From positions 1 to 64,000 of the IMG/VR virus record IMGVR_UViG_3300042545_001167: a stretch of DNA of 64,000 nucleotides; one strand, written 5' to 3'. The notes under the pieces were generated by a model. It was not told the DNA's origin and ran no database searches. It was given only the letters and a program-made list of their open reading frames with translations. A program made the position numbers and the translations under genes. Numbering within the stretch: position 1 is the first letter of the stretch; each line of letters starts with the position of its first letter. This document shows positions 1 through 9,700 of this stretch, piece by piece. Origin of the DNA: a virus.

Positions 1-82
1 AAGTCTCAAAAACTTCTTTTGCTTCAGAAGTCTTTGGAGATACACAGATAAATTCAGGTTTCTGAGCTTTCATAGAGATCAT
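1..82 (-). CDS. Hypothetical early protein, 5' part only (MISMKAQKPEFICVSPKTSEAKEVFET...), runs off the window
   Basis: Manual translation; ATG at 80-82, GAGG SD upstream, consensus sigma70 promoter at 107-134. Confidence 0.7.
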   Translation of the reverse strand, partial: MISMKAQKPEFICVSPKTSEAKEVFET

Positions 83-106
83 AGTTTGTTTAACCTCGAC
101 AAAGGT

Positions 107-134
107 ATTATAGTGAGTTTTGAGAGTTTGTCAA
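107..134 (-). promoter_or_regulatory. Sigma70-type early promoter TTGACA-N16-TATAAT
   Basis: Minus strand reads TTGACA aactctcaaaactcac TATAAT; both hexamers are perfect consensus. Confidence 0.75.
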
Positions 135-545
135 GTGCTCTAGATATTCTTCATAGAGCACTTCTTCCATCTGTCTTGCTTGTACTTCCCAAGGTTGCTC
201 TGAATAGTCTGTCTCCGTGTGGTCTATGCCCCTCCAGAGACGTTTACCGTACTTATCCTTAAGAGCACCCTTAACGTGTTGATAGACGTGCCAGAGTTCG
301 TGTAGAAGCGTCTTAGTGTAGTGCTCTGGTGTCATCCGATTGTGCATTTCAATCTCAAATGAACGAGGACGATAATCACAATCAGAAACCCATACCCAAC
401 CATAAACACTCTCACGACTTAAACCACGATGGTTTACAGAAATCTCTAGTTTATGCCTAGGAAAGTGTTTGGAAATAAACCAGTCTACAATGCGTTTACA
501 TCTACGCTTGCTATAATTGTATCCACTGGTGTATAATGTAAGCAT
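108..545 (-). CDS. Putative zinc metallopeptidase-like protein (HExxH)
   Basis: LLHELWH motif plus downstream PWE motif typical of phage zincin-like proteins. Confidence 0.6.
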   Translation of the reverse strand: MLTLYTSGYNYSKRRCKRIVDWFISKHFPRHKLEISVNHRGLSRESVYGWVWVSDCDYRPRSFEIEMHNRMTPEHYTKTLLHELWHVYQHVKGALKDKYGKRLWRGIDHTETDYSEQPWEVQARQMEEVLYEEYLEHLTNSQNSL

Positions 546-649
546 CAGAACAGTGCGTTCAAAGTAACATCAGTAAGACGAACTCCCCAGTTCATCAGCA
601 CCATAAAACTACCAATAAAAATCAATCGGTCTAGGTTGGAGAACCGCAT
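545..649 (-). CDS. Small hydrophobic hypothetical protein, 34 aa (MRFSNLDRLIFIGSFMVLMNWGVRLTDVTLNALF)
   Basis: Manual translation; stop overlaps next start (TGATG); below ORF-track size cutoff. Confidence 0.55.
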   Translation of the reverse strand: MRFSNLDRLIFIGSFMVLMNWGVRLTDVTLNALF

Positions 650-676
650 AGGGTCTTTGTGTGTCTCCACCTACTA

Positions 677-705
677 TAAAACCTCCCAAGTCGGTTTTGG
701 GAGGT
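677..705 (-). terminator. Rho-independent terminator ending the tail-fibre/lectin block
   Basis: Stem ACCTCCCAA/TTGGGAGGT (681-689, 697-705) followed by T-run on the minus strand. Confidence 0.6.
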
Positions 706-728
706 CAGTGGACAGTTTTTAAAGTGGA

Positions 729-1916
729 TCAGAGCCCGTATCTGGATTTAGTTGCTATGTAATTTTGTTGGATTTCTGATGCTGTGAGGACACGATTATG
801 CGCTATAAAATTAGATATTCTACCATTCCAATTTCTACCACCACCTCCCCAAGTTCCTAATCTTAAATATTGAGATGAATAATTAATTGGATTTGCTGCT
901 GCTCCACTGGAGTGAAATACTCCATTAATATAAGCACTTGCAACACTATTATTCCAAGTAAATGTAAGAAATGTCCAAGTATTTGCGGTCAAATTAAATA
1001 CTGATGTACCACTACCATTTGTTGCATTAATACAAGAAAAACTGTATTGATTAGTAGTTGTACTGTTTTGTTGACAAACAAAATTTTGACCTCCGGTATG
1101 ATTATTATCAAAAATATCCGCGTATTGAACTTGAGTTGAACCTGGATATACCCACAAAGAAATAGTAAAATTGGTATAATTAAAAAATGACCCCAAATTT
1201 ACATAATCATTCACACCATCAAAAACCAAAGAACCTCCATTAGACCCATTATAAGTTGGATAATTTACTAAAGTTCCATTATTAGAACCAACCAAATCTT
1301 TATAAACACTTCCACCATAATAAGATGAAGTAAATGGCGTTGGTGTTGTAGTTCCTGAAGGTACTCTTTCTACTTGTAGTCCATCCCACCAAATATTTTG
1401 ACCAGTTCCTCCACTATCTGGACCGTCTAATCTTGTATGAATATAAGCAATATCTGCGTTTGCCATAGTAATATAATGACTTACTCTGGTCCATTCAGTC
1501 GTTATATTAAAACCAACTGCAGATATTGCTAACCAAGCACCACCAACAAATCCAGTTCCAGCACTATTTGCACCAAAAATAAAAATCTGTCCTGTAGTAG
1601 CAACATCTGCTTTCACATATACACTTACAACCCAAGTTTGTCCATTTGCAGCAGGTGCAATATTCCAAACACCAGAGTTATAGCTTCCCAGATGTGGATC
1701 ATTTCCAGTTACTGCCATTTTCAATGGAGTATTGCCAACTGGAGAACTTATAGTATCTCTTGATATTGTTGATGCGTTTCCTGAACTACTATTATACCAA
1801 GCAAAAATATCAGTAGAATACTGAAACTCATTTTGAGAGTATGATTTCTTATTTGCAGCGTCTAATGCAAGAACTAGTCCACTTTCTAAAATGTCTGGAC
1901 CGGAGAACGCACCCAT
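729..1916 (-). CDS. LamG/concanavalin A-like lectin virion protein with inserted carbohydrate-binding-module-like domain
   Basis: GLVLALDAAN N-terminus, FDGVNDYV, W.F...TW, NRVLTASEIQQNY...KSRYGL C-terminus; insert with ITTEWTRV...WWDGLQVE resembles CBM4_9. Confidence 0.7.
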   Translation of the reverse strand: MGAFSGPDILESGLVLALDAANKKSYSQNEFQYSTDIFAWYNSSSGNASTISRDTISSPVGNTPLKMAVTGNDPHLGSYNSGVWNIAPAANGQTWVVSVYVKADVATTGQIFIFGANSAGTGFVGGAWLAISAVGFNITTEWTRVSHYITMANADIAYIHTRLDGPDSGGTGQNIWWDGLQVERVPSGTTTPTPFTSSYYGGSVYKDLVGSNNGTLVNYPTYNGSNGGSLVFDGVNDYVNLGSFFNYTNFTISLWVYPGSTQVQYADIFDNNHTGGQNFVCQQNSTTTNQYSFSCINATNGSGTSVFNLTANTWTFLTFTWNNSVASAYINGVFHSSGAAANPINYSSQYLRLGTWGGGGRNWNGRISNFIAHNRVLTASEIQQNYIATKSRYGL

Positions 1917-1936
1917 TTTTAAGATTTTATTAGTAT

Positions 1937-2590
1937 TTAGGTAAGACCAAACCTCCCTCTTAATGCATTATAGTTTTGTGTTAATTCAGTTGTAGATAAA
2001 ATTCTATTATAAACATAGATGAATGAAACTTCGCAAGTTGAATATTCTGATGCTCCTCCTCCCCACCTACCAACACTCAATCCATTAAATCCTGCTGACC
2101 CTGAAGTTGAGTTTGAAACTTTAACAGCATTATTTACATATAAACTTCTTAAGTCTGAACCATAGTTTTCTGTTGCAGCAAGTATTCTCCAGTTTGTATC
2201 ATTAGCACCAGCACCAACAGCACTTATCCAACCTTCGGCATAATAATTTTCTGTAGTAGAACCCCAATGACCTAATAACCAGTTATTAGTATTTGAAGTT
2301 ATTATCCTTCCTCTAGTTGCACCAGAATATCTTGCTGCTGCAATAATAGTGAAAGTAGATCCAGAATAATTCAAAGAACTTAAAGTTCCATACTGTGTTG
2401 AACCATTAAACTGAAGAACACCTCCATTTGTTGATGTAAATGTTGGACTGCCTGTTAAAGTCATATTATATCCATTACCACTCAAATCAGTCCAAGTGGT
2501 TCCAGAACCAGGATAAGACTTTGTATTGCCCGCATCAAGACACAGAACTAATCCATCAGTAACTGTGCGTGGATTATAAGCAATTCCCAT
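1937..2590 (-). CDS. LamG/ConA-like lectin domain protein
   Basis: GLVLCLDAGNTKSYPGSGTTWTDLSGNG ... YNRILSTTELTQNYNALRGRFG. Confidence 0.7.
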   Translation of the reverse strand: MGIAYNPRTVTDGLVLCLDAGNTKSYPGSGTTWTDLSGNGYNMTLTGSPTFTSTNGGVLQFNGSTQYGTLSSLNYSGSTFTIIAAARYSGATRGRIITSNTNNWLLGHWGSTTENYYAEGWISAVGAGANDTNWRILAATENYGSDLRSLYVNNAVKVSNSTSGSAGFNGLSVGRWGGGASEYSTCEVSFIYVYNRILSTTELTQNYNALRGRFGLT

Positions 2591-2624
2591 TCTCTCTCAA
2601 TACCTCTTCGTTTTTGTATTTAGG

Positions 2625-3287
2625 TTAAATTGAGAAACGACCTCGGAGTGCGTTGAAGTTTTGTTGGATTTCTGATGCTGTGAGTGCTCTGTTGTATATC
2701 ATATAGTTACAAACAGTTCCGTTATTATATGAACCACTATAATAAAGTCCAGGATAAAATGAAGTGCTAACTGATGCTTTTTTTGTCACTTGATTCATAA
2801 CTTTAACAGCATTAAAATAAACATCATATTTTTCTGCTGCTGTTTTAACGATTACAATGTTATTAATGGAAAATGGAGAAACTGTGGTAGTATCATCTAT
2901 TTCTCCAGCGGCACCGCCGTAATAAGATACTCGATAAGTTAAAGTTGTTCCACTTAAAGATGCTCGCAAATGATTCTGACCTATTCCGCTCGCATTACTT
3001 CCAAATAATGCTCCATCACCCACCAACCATCCACTAAAAGTCTGTAAGTTTGAATTTGTTGCTGATTCAACAACTGCGGAAGTGGTAACATAGTCTGTAC
3101 TATCAAATATAATACTTCCTTTATTAGAACTACTATAAGTTGGTGTATTTACAAAAGTTCCATTATTACCATTACCACTCAAATCAGTCCAAGTGGTTCC
3201 AGAACCAGGATAAGACTTTGTGTTTCCTGCATCTAAACAAAGGACTAATCCTGATGTAGTTATAGAGGGTGAGTGAGCAAGTGCCAT
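2625..3287 (-). CDS. LamG/ConA-like lectin domain protein
   Basis: Same N- and C-terminal signatures as the neighbouring paralogues. Confidence 0.7.
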   Translation of the reverse strand: MALAHSPSITTSGLVLCLDAGNTKSYPGSGTTWTDLSGNGNNGTFVNTPTYSSSNKGSIIFDSTDYVTTSAVVESATNSNLQTFSGWLVGDGALFGSNASGIGQNHLRASLSGTTLTYRVSYYGGAAGEIDDTTTVSPFSINNIVIVKTAAEKYDVYFNAVKVMNQVTKKASVSTSFYPGLYYSGSYNNGTVCNYMIYNRALTASEIQQNFNALRGRFSI

Positions 3288-3301
3288 CTTTTATTTCCTT
3301 A

Positions 3302-3913
3302 TTAAAATTCCGTATCAAAAAAGAACAAATGAAACAATCTTGAAGTTTCTTTAGTGAATCCAAAATATTTAGATGCAGCGTGAGGACAATGACCATCCCA
3401 AATCACCAAGCGATTATAAACATTCGCAATTTTATCAATCTCTTCCCAAGGTGTTGCATCCAAATGTACTCCAGTTGGTGCTGCTTCTGCCCATACATTC
3501 ATAATGTCGGGATGGTCACAATGTCTTACTCCAGTTTTCTTATGTGCAAGTAATGATGTACCAGATTCATAAGGAGCATCTGGAGTTAGATAAACGACTC
3601 CAGCCCACTTCTGACTATCTGCGTGATAAACAAGTGCATCCTCTGCGGTACAATACTGAAATCTTCCGCACATTCCATAAGTTTCTCCCCAAGCACTAAT
3701 CTTTTTACCAATAATTCTTTCAAATGCTTCTTTAGTTTCTGGAATAAAATATTGGTCTTGAGTTCTTCTACCTCTGTGGTAATCAGAAAACTCATAATCT
3801 AACGATAATGCAAATCTACGAACGATATCTGGGTCATTGTAGAAATTATCCACCACAAATACTGATGGTTTTGGATTCTCTGCAAGTTTTTGTTCGTGAA
3901 GAGAATACATCAT
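3302..3913 (-). CDS. 2OG-Fe(II) oxygenase superfamily protein (DUF6445-like)
   Basis: VVDNFYNDPD N-terminus, HAD (HxD), distal H in HCPHA, YNRLVIW, R..HLFFF. Confidence 0.7.
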   Translation of the reverse strand: MMYSLHEQKLAENPKPSVFVVDNFYNDPDIVRRFALSLDYEFSDYHRGRRTQDQYFIPETKEAFERIIGKKISAWGETYGMCGRFQYCTAEDALVYHADSQKWAGVVYLTPDAPYESGTSLLAHKKTGVRHCDHPDIMNVWAEAAPTGVHLDATPWEEIDKIANVYNRLVIWDGHCPHAASKYFGFTKETSRLFHLFFFDTEF

Positions 3914-6006
3914 TTGTGCTTTACTCCATTTTCACAGAAACGACACATATCAAAACAAGTATTTGGTTGAGGTGCAATGTCTTTATACTCTTGGTCCAAT
4001 AGGTTTCCGATAATAAACTTCAAACTATAATCCATACAGCATAGAGATACATCACCATTAGGAAGAACAATATTGTGATATAGGTGTTCATCACAACCAC
4101 AAGTTCTTGGTTCCTCTCCGTGATAGACTGATTTATAGCGGTCTTGAAGATTGAGAAGTTCTGGTTTTAGCATTGCTTCACCAACAAGATTTCCTGCACG
4201 ATTCCAGAAAGCAGGAACAATTGCTTCGGGGAATATGTGCTTAACATCGGGATGTACTTCACCCATTGCCATTGTATAGAAACCTCGAATATCCTTATGA
4301 ACTTCTTTGAATGCTTCTAGAACTTTAATGTAATTGTCTGTGATTGGATGTTTTGCAATTCTTTCTGCATCAGGTAGGTGTAGGACGAACTTACCATTTG
4401 GTCCCAAATCATAAGGTACATCTTTAATTCTATAAACATCATCAACTTTCATTCCAATTCCAGTTGTAAAGACTGCTATTCTGTGCCCCTTTTCGTGAGC
4501 ATATAGAAGCATATCAGTACAATCTTTATTCAACCAAGGTTCAGTAAATCCTGCGAAGGTTACACGAATTTCTTGTGGTAGTTTATCTACCATTTTTTTG
4601 AAGTTGTCTAGAGTTAGAAATCTAGTCTCATCCACATAAGATTTCTCAAGAATTCTCTGAGGGCAGAATGCACAATCTACTACACATCCTTTCTTGGGAA
4701 TTGATGTAGTAAATTCCATCGTAGCCCAAGGAGTGATGTTCCAGAAGTTTTCTAGTACTTCTGTATTATCAATATAAATTATGATTTCATTATATCGTTC
4801 TACTGCCCAGTCATCCCACATACTCCATTTAATATCAACATCATCGCAAGAATAGATTTCAACTTTATTAAAATCATTGAGATAAGTATCTCTAAATTCA
4901 ACAAATCTTTTCTTTTGGTCTGGTGTTGCTAGATGAAACTCTCCAGCAATCTTACGAACATTTTTTACAATCCAAGGACGATTCTCTTCATTGAAAATAT
5001 CATACTCACCACCTTCACAATCTACCTTAAGAAAATCAATTTTTTCAATATCATTTTCTTTTAGGAAAGTATCAAATCTAAGTCCATTTGTTGTTTGAAT
5101 CTTTTCCCAAGTTTCTGTACAGTCTTTATCATAAAGACCACCAGTTTCAAACTCACCATTTACTGATGCAATTCCTTTATTGATAAGAGTTACATTTTGA
5201 TGCTTTTCTAAATTCTGACTGAGTGTTTTGAACAAAGAACTCTGAGGTTCAAAACAATAAACTTGCTTTGGATTTTGTGTTAAAATTTTATATGTAAATG
5301 GTCCAACACTTGCACCAATATCTACAACCAAATCATCCTCATCCACTTTAAAGAATTTTTGATAGACATCTCTGGTAAAGACTTCATCGATTATAACCTT
5401 TTTGAACCATTTGTTTTGTTCAATTTCTCCCCAATCAAATTCTTTTTTGAAGAGTTTTAAATTATTCAAAACTGCTTGCTTATGCGATTCATTTAATTGA
5501 TTCCAATAATTTGTTTTGAGATCCAAAAACATTAAATGGCTGTCATCACAAAGTCCACACCACCAAGCAGATACTGCTCTTTCAAATAAAATTCCACAAT
5601 ATCCAAAATAATCAACCTTGAGTGGTAGTGGTTTTGCATTAAAATCAGAAACTTTTTCCCCAATAGATGCAATCAAATATGAATCGTGATAATTCTTTTC
5701 TCTTTCATAAAATCTTGAGAGTAGATAATATCCTTCAGGTCTCTTTGGATCTACTGCAATTGCACTTTGAAGAAGTCCTTTGACAGAATTGCTCCTACAT
5801 CCCTGAGAATCAAAGCATTCTGATGCAGAAAGCAGGCAAGCATACATTAAAGTTTTATCTTCTGTTCTTTCTGCGGTTCGGATATAATAAGAAATAGCAG
5901 ATGCAGTTTGCCCAATAGAATGATAATAAATTGCTAATTTGAAATTAATCTCTGGTTCTTCAGTATGATGTACATAATAATCTAGAAGTTCTTGTAGTTC
6001 ATTCAT
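3910..6006 (-). CDS. TPR + FkbM-family methyltransferase + radical SAM/SPASM-like fusion protein
   Basis: TPR-like N-terminus (PKRPEGYYLLSRFY); VVDIGASVG, CFEP, IDFLKVDCEGGE (FkbM); CVVDCAFC (CxxxCxxC); C-terminal LPNGDVSLCCMD...CRFC. Confidence 0.8.
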   Translation of the reverse strand: MNELQELLDYYVHHTEEPEINFKLAIYYHSIGQTASAISYYIRTAERTEDKTLMYACLLSASECFDSQGCRSNSVKGLLQSAIAVDPKRPEGYYLLSRFYEREKNYHDSYLIASIGEKVSDFNAKPLPLKVDYFGYCGILFERAVSAWWCGLCDDSHLMFLDLKTNYWNQLNESHKQAVLNNLKLFKKEFDWGEIEQNKWFKKVIIDEVFTRDVYQKFFKVDEDDLVVDIGASVGPFTYKILTQNPKQVYCFEPQSSLFKTLSQNLEKHQNVTLINKGIASVNGEFETGGLYDKDCTETWEKIQTTNGLRFDTFLKENDIEKIDFLKVDCEGGEYDIFNEENRPWIVKNVRKIAGEFHLATPDQKKRFVEFRDTYLNDFNKVEIYSCDDVDIKWSMWDDWAVERYNEIIIYIDNTEVLENFWNITPWATMEFTTSIPKKGCVVDCAFCPQRILEKSYVDETRFLTLDNFKKMVDKLPQEIRVTFAGFTEPWLNKDCTDMLLYAHEKGHRIAVFTTGIGMKVDDVYRIKDVPYDLGPNGKFVLHLPDAERIAKHPITDNYIKVLEAFKEVHKDIRGFYTMAMGEVHPDVKHIFPEAIVPAFWNRAGNLVGEAMLKPELLNLQDRYKSVYHGEEPRTCGCDEHLYHNIVLPNGDVSLCCMDYSLKFIIGNLLDQEYKDIAPQPNTCFDMCRFCENGVKHK

Positions 6007-6974
6007 TTGATAAAATCCTCAAACACTTTTTCTGGAAACTTAATAAGATATGCTGCATTGTCTTGAAATCCATAAGTCATTAGGAAATCAGAACCTTGTT
6101 GAATTAATCCAACACAAAATTCAACATCCCCTCCCATAATGGAAAAGTCATTTGTCCATTTAACTAGGTTAAAATTTTTATCCCAGAATACTACTCTATG
6201 GCGATATATTGCATCTTTTCTTCCAGTTCCACTTTTGAACAAATCAACTTCATGAGTAATTGCAACATAATAATCTCTCCAAGGAATGACCTGAGAACCT
6301 CCTCTAAGATCTCTTGGAATTGATTTATATTCTCCAGTGAACACTGTTTCGCAGGTTTTATCTTCTGGATTTACTTTAACAATTTCTGTTGGATTACTCC
6401 ACTTTATAAAATGATATGGTTTGTCTAGAATTGGCATCCAATTCTTTGAGCAATATTCGTCATCATTTCCTGGAGTTGGAATGCGAAATCTTGATGTTTC
6501 TACGACTTTATTATCAGAAACTTTGATTTCGCAAAGTTCCATTCTGCCAGTTCCAACAGTATCTAAATCTCTTCTAACTCCACAAGTATAAAGTTTCCCT
6601 TCCCATTCAAAGAGTCTTGCATCTTCAAGACCAACAAAGTCCCATTGGGGTTCGTATGTATCAAATTTTGAAGTATCTATTGCATTTATTCTAGTGATTT
6701 CATACTTATCATTGAGTTCCAAATAATAATTTTTAGTTCTCAGGTGCATATCATCTTCTGGATGAAGATATGTCAATGGTCCATATGGATGCTGGAAAAG
6801 TTTCTTTTCCGAATGATAAAATGTGTAATTGACTGCTCTGAGATTAACTAAAACCTTACCTTTATGAATATAAACCGATGGGTTCATAATACCCAACCCA
6901 TCATTTAAATGAGATGGAATTATGATTGGATGAATTGAACCACCATTATCTAAAGCAATTTTTGCAAAATTCAT
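6003..6974 (-). CDS. Five-bladed beta-propeller glycosidase/phosphorylase-like protein (GH130/GH43-like)
   Basis: MNPSV, GLEDARLF, KNWMP, RGGSQ, VEFCVG, YGFQD motifs. Confidence 0.6.
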   Translation of the reverse strand: MNFAKIALDNGGSIHPIIIPSHLNDGLGIMNPSVYIHKGKVLVNLRAVNYTFYHSEKKLFQHPYGPLTYLHPEDDMHLRTKNYYLELNDKYEITRINAIDTSKFDTYEPQWDFVGLEDARLFEWEGKLYTCGVRRDLDTVGTGRMELCEIKVSDNKVVETSRFRIPTPGNDDEYCSKNWMPILDKPYHFIKWSNPTEIVKVNPEDKTCETVFTGEYKSIPRDLRGGSQVIPWRDYYVAITHEVDLFKSGTGRKDAIYRHRVVFWDKNFNLVKWTNDFSIMGGDVEFCVGLIQQGSDFLMTYGFQDNAAYLIKFPEKVFEDFIK

Positions 6975-7022
6975 AATTTAATTATCAATTAAATCCTTTG
7001 ATACTGTATTTATGAGTGAGAT

Positions 7023-7406
7023 TCAACCTAATGAACTGTTCATATTATCCCATTTATATTCCTCTTCATTCCAAAAATATAAGTTTTCTGTATCTTCTGG
7101 ATAAGGAATTGGTGATTCCCATAAACAAGTATCTTCATTTAATATCCAACTTTCATATGGTTTTGGTGAAATAAAAGCATCTTTTTCATCGTCGTAAATA
7201 TATCCAACACCAGCATAATTTTTTCTAAAGGGAGTTCCACCATTATTATGATTCCCTCCTATAGTATTATATGAGGTTCTTTTACAAACCTGACCTCTAA
7301 AGTTTCCATAGTGTTCTTCCCAATTAATTCCATCTTCACCTTCATTTTTGCCAGTGATAACTTCAGTTACAATGTTATTTTCGTCTAAAAATGCATAATG
7401 GGCCAT
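7023..7406 (-). CDS. Hypothetical protein, likely partner of the upstream Gly-rich fibre protein
   Basis: MAHYAFLDENNIVTEVI, RKNYAGVGY.YD...DAFI.PKPY.SW.L, W..P.PYP motifs typical of small phage fibre-associated proteins. Confidence 0.6.
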   Translation of the reverse strand: MAHYAFLDENNIVTEVITGKNEGEDGINWEEHYGNFRGQVCKRTSYNTIGGNHNNGGTPFRKNYAGVGYIYDDEKDAFISPKPYESWILNEDTCLWESPIPYPEDTENLYFWNEEEYKWDNMNSSLG

Positions 7407-7414
7407 AACTTTTC

Positions 7415-9187
7415 TTAATTAAATTGAATGTTTCCAGTTCCTAGAGTGAAAGTAGTTACTTTATTACTTCCTACAGTTTGTGTGGTGAAGGTTAGACCTC
7501 CTCCTGGATTACTTATAGTGTAAGTAGTCGAATAACTAAGAATAACGACACCTGAACCACCATTAGAACCAACTCCATTAGTTCCATCACCTACAGCAGC
7601 ACCACCACCGCCACCGCCAGTATTTGTAGTTCCTGAAATTGATGCTCTTGTTGGTGAAGTTCCGCCACCGCTGCCTCCCTGACCGCCACCGCCACTCCCG
7701 CCAGCACCGCCCTGAGATGTATAACTTGCACCAGCACCACCTCCTGCACGAGTAACTGCAGTTCCTGTTATACTTGAAGATAATCCATCTCCACCATTTC
7801 CACCAGTTCCAGATCCAGATGCTGTTGCACCAACTGTTCCAGCACCACCACCACCACCTGAACCATAGTTTGTTGATGTTGACCCTCTTCCACCATTATT
7901 ACCTTCTCCAGAAGTTCCAGTACCTGCAGTTGCAGCACCGACATATTCTTGAGAAGCACCACCACCAGAACCACCATTCGCACCGTTTAGGGAATATGCA
8001 TTAGCACCTTTTCCTCCACCAGTTGAAGTAATAGTTGAGAAGACGGAATTTCCTCCATTAGTTGCATTAGAGATTGCTTGATTTCCTGGAGTACTAAAGT
8101 TTGCAGAGGATGTACCGCCAGCACCACCTGCACCAACTGTTACAGTGTAGTTTGTTGCAGTACTGAAAGTAAATCCTGTTGCAGTTCTATAACCACCAGC
8201 ACCACCGCCACCTCCAATATATCCTCCCCCACCACCACCGCCAGCAATAACGAGGTACTGAACCACTGGTGATGGTGCTCCTTGGAGAGTTATTTTACAA
8301 TAACCATTACTAGTATTTACTCCACCAGTATTAGATTGATTTGTTCCATTATTGTACGAACCACCACCACCGCCACCCTGCAAGTCGGAGCAAGCACAGC
8401 TATTTAATCCACCGCCGCCGCCGCCACTATATCCACCGCCGGCGCCACCAGTGTAGTTAGCGGTTCCACTTCCTCCACCAAATCCACCATCTGCTCTTGT
8501 CCCTGTCCCTCCGGTTCCTCCGTTTATAAAGGAAAGCCCCGGATTTCCTTGTGCTGTAGTACCATTTCCAGTAAATCCACCGCCACCAGAACTTGCGGGT
8601 ACACATCCAGTTCCAGCACCCCCACCACCACCAGCAGTCCCTCCTGCTCCACCAGAACCACCATCTCCTTGATTTCCTGATGTGGAAGTTGTTCCATTTA
8701 ATCTAGAAGCAGTAATTACTCCTGAAGAAGAACCTCCTCCACCACCTGCTACAATTAATGGGACATTGGAATTTGTTGCAACAAAAGTTCCTCCTCCTCC
8801 ACCACCAAAACCTTGGCCACAATCAGCTGTTCCGTTACGACCTAATTGCCCTACAAGAATTTTAATAACATCTCCTTGAGTTAGTGAAAATGTTCCAATC
8901 ATTTTGGCACCATATCCCGGAGTAGTAGCAGTTCCCCCGCCAGCTGCTCCCGCAACTTCTATAGTATAGGTTCCAGTTCGTGGAACAGTCCATAGTTGAA
9001 TTCCACTTGATGTGGTAAAATATGATGCATTATTTAACCAAGAATTAGATGCAGTATCATATGAAGCTAGGAGATTTGCCGTTGAGGGTCCAATATTTCC
9101 AATTTGAGTTCCATTTGTAAACGTAAAAGTTGTAAATGGATATAATCCCAATTGTATAGAAGTAAAAAATAATTGATGTATTACCAT
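7415..9187 (-). CDS. Glycine-rich fibre/adhesin protein with two tandem Gly-rich domains
   Basis: Domain 1: WTVPRTGTYTIEVAGAAGG...GGGGGTFV...LIVAGGGGG (ALK/LTK-like). Domain 2: VQYLVIAGGGGGG...GGSGVVILSY. Start moved to ATG 9187 to remove overlap with the upstream gene. Confidence 0.7.
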   Translation of the reverse strand: MVIHQLFFTSIQLGLYPFTTFTFTNGTQIGNIGPSTANLLASYDTASNSWLNNASYFTTSSGIQLWTVPRTGTYTIEVAGAAGGGTATTPGYGAKMIGTFSLTQGDVIKILVGQLGRNGTADCGQGFGGGGGGTFVATNSNVPLIVAGGGGGSSSGVITASRLNGTTSTSGNQGDGGSGGAGGTAGGGGGAGTGCVPASSGGGGFTGNGTTAQGNPGLSFINGGTGGTGTRADGGFGGGSGTANYTGGAGGGYSGGGGGGLNSCACSDLQGGGGGGSYNNGTNQSNTGGVNTSNGYCKITLQGAPSPVVQYLVIAGGGGGGGYIGGGGGAGGYRTATGFTFSTATNYTVTVGAGGAGGTSSANFSTPGNQAISNATNGGNSVFSTITSTGGGKGANAYSLNGANGGSGGGASQEYVGAATAGTGTSGEGNNGGRGSTSTNYGSGGGGGAGTVGATASGSGTGGNGGDGLSSSITGTAVTRAGGGAGASYTSQGGAGGSGGGGQGGSGGGTSPTRASISGTTNTGGGGGGAAVGDGTNGVGSNGGSGVVILSYSTTYTISNPGGGLTFTTQTVGSNKVTTFTLGTGNIQFN

Positions 9188-9189
9188 AA

Positions 9190-9699
9190 TTAAGATAACC
9201 CAGCTCCACAAATTACAAAGGTATTTGATGCAACACATAAAATAGTACAAATTCCATATGAGGCAAGTGTTCTATTTCCAGTACTAGTAGTGCCAGCATT
9301 TCTCAAAGTTACGGAACCCTGAGTGATTGTCTGATTTGAACCAGAATCATTATAAACAGAAATTGTGTCACCTACACTAAAAACTGATGCAGGAACGGTT
9401 ACTCCGCCTGTAGTAATTGATATATGTTTTCCAGCATCTGATGCAATTAATGTATACGAAGTAGTTTTTGCATTTTGAGGAACATTTGATGGTCCTTGAG
9501 CACCTGTGGTTCCTTGAGCACCTGTGGTTCCTTGAGCACCTGTGGTTCCTTGAGCACCTGTTGCACCTTGAGCACCTGTTGCACCTTGAGCACCTGTGGT
9601 TCCTTGAGCACCTGTGGTTCCTTGAGCACCTGTGGTTCCTTGAGCACCTGTGGCTCCTTGATAAGTTGTACCTAAAAAACTTGAAAGAGAAGTAGGCAT
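9190..9699 (-). CDS. Short collagen-like fibre protein
   Basis: ([12 protein letters not shown])n Gly-X-Y run followed by [12 protein letters not shown]...GDTISVYN head domain. Confidence 0.75.
   Translation of the reverse strand: MPTSLSSFLGTTYQGATGAQGTTGAQGTTGAQGTTGAQGATGAQGATGAQGTTGAQGTTGAQGTTGAQGPSNVPQNAKTTSYTLIASDAGKHISITTGGVTVPASVFSVGDTISVYNDSGSNQTITQGSVTLRNAGTTSTGNRTLASYGICTILCVASNTFVICGAGLS
9490..9661. repeat. 18-nt tandem repeat (about 9 copies) encoding [12 protein letters not shown]
   Basis: ccttgagcacctgtggtt / ccttgagcacctgttgca units visible directly. Confidence 0.9.
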
Positions 9700-9700
9700 T

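Noticed and set aside
7415-9250. ORF-track start at 9250 (MYYFMCC...)
   Set aside because: Overlaps the upstream gene by 60 nt; ATG at 9187, 2 nt after the upstream stop, is more plausible.
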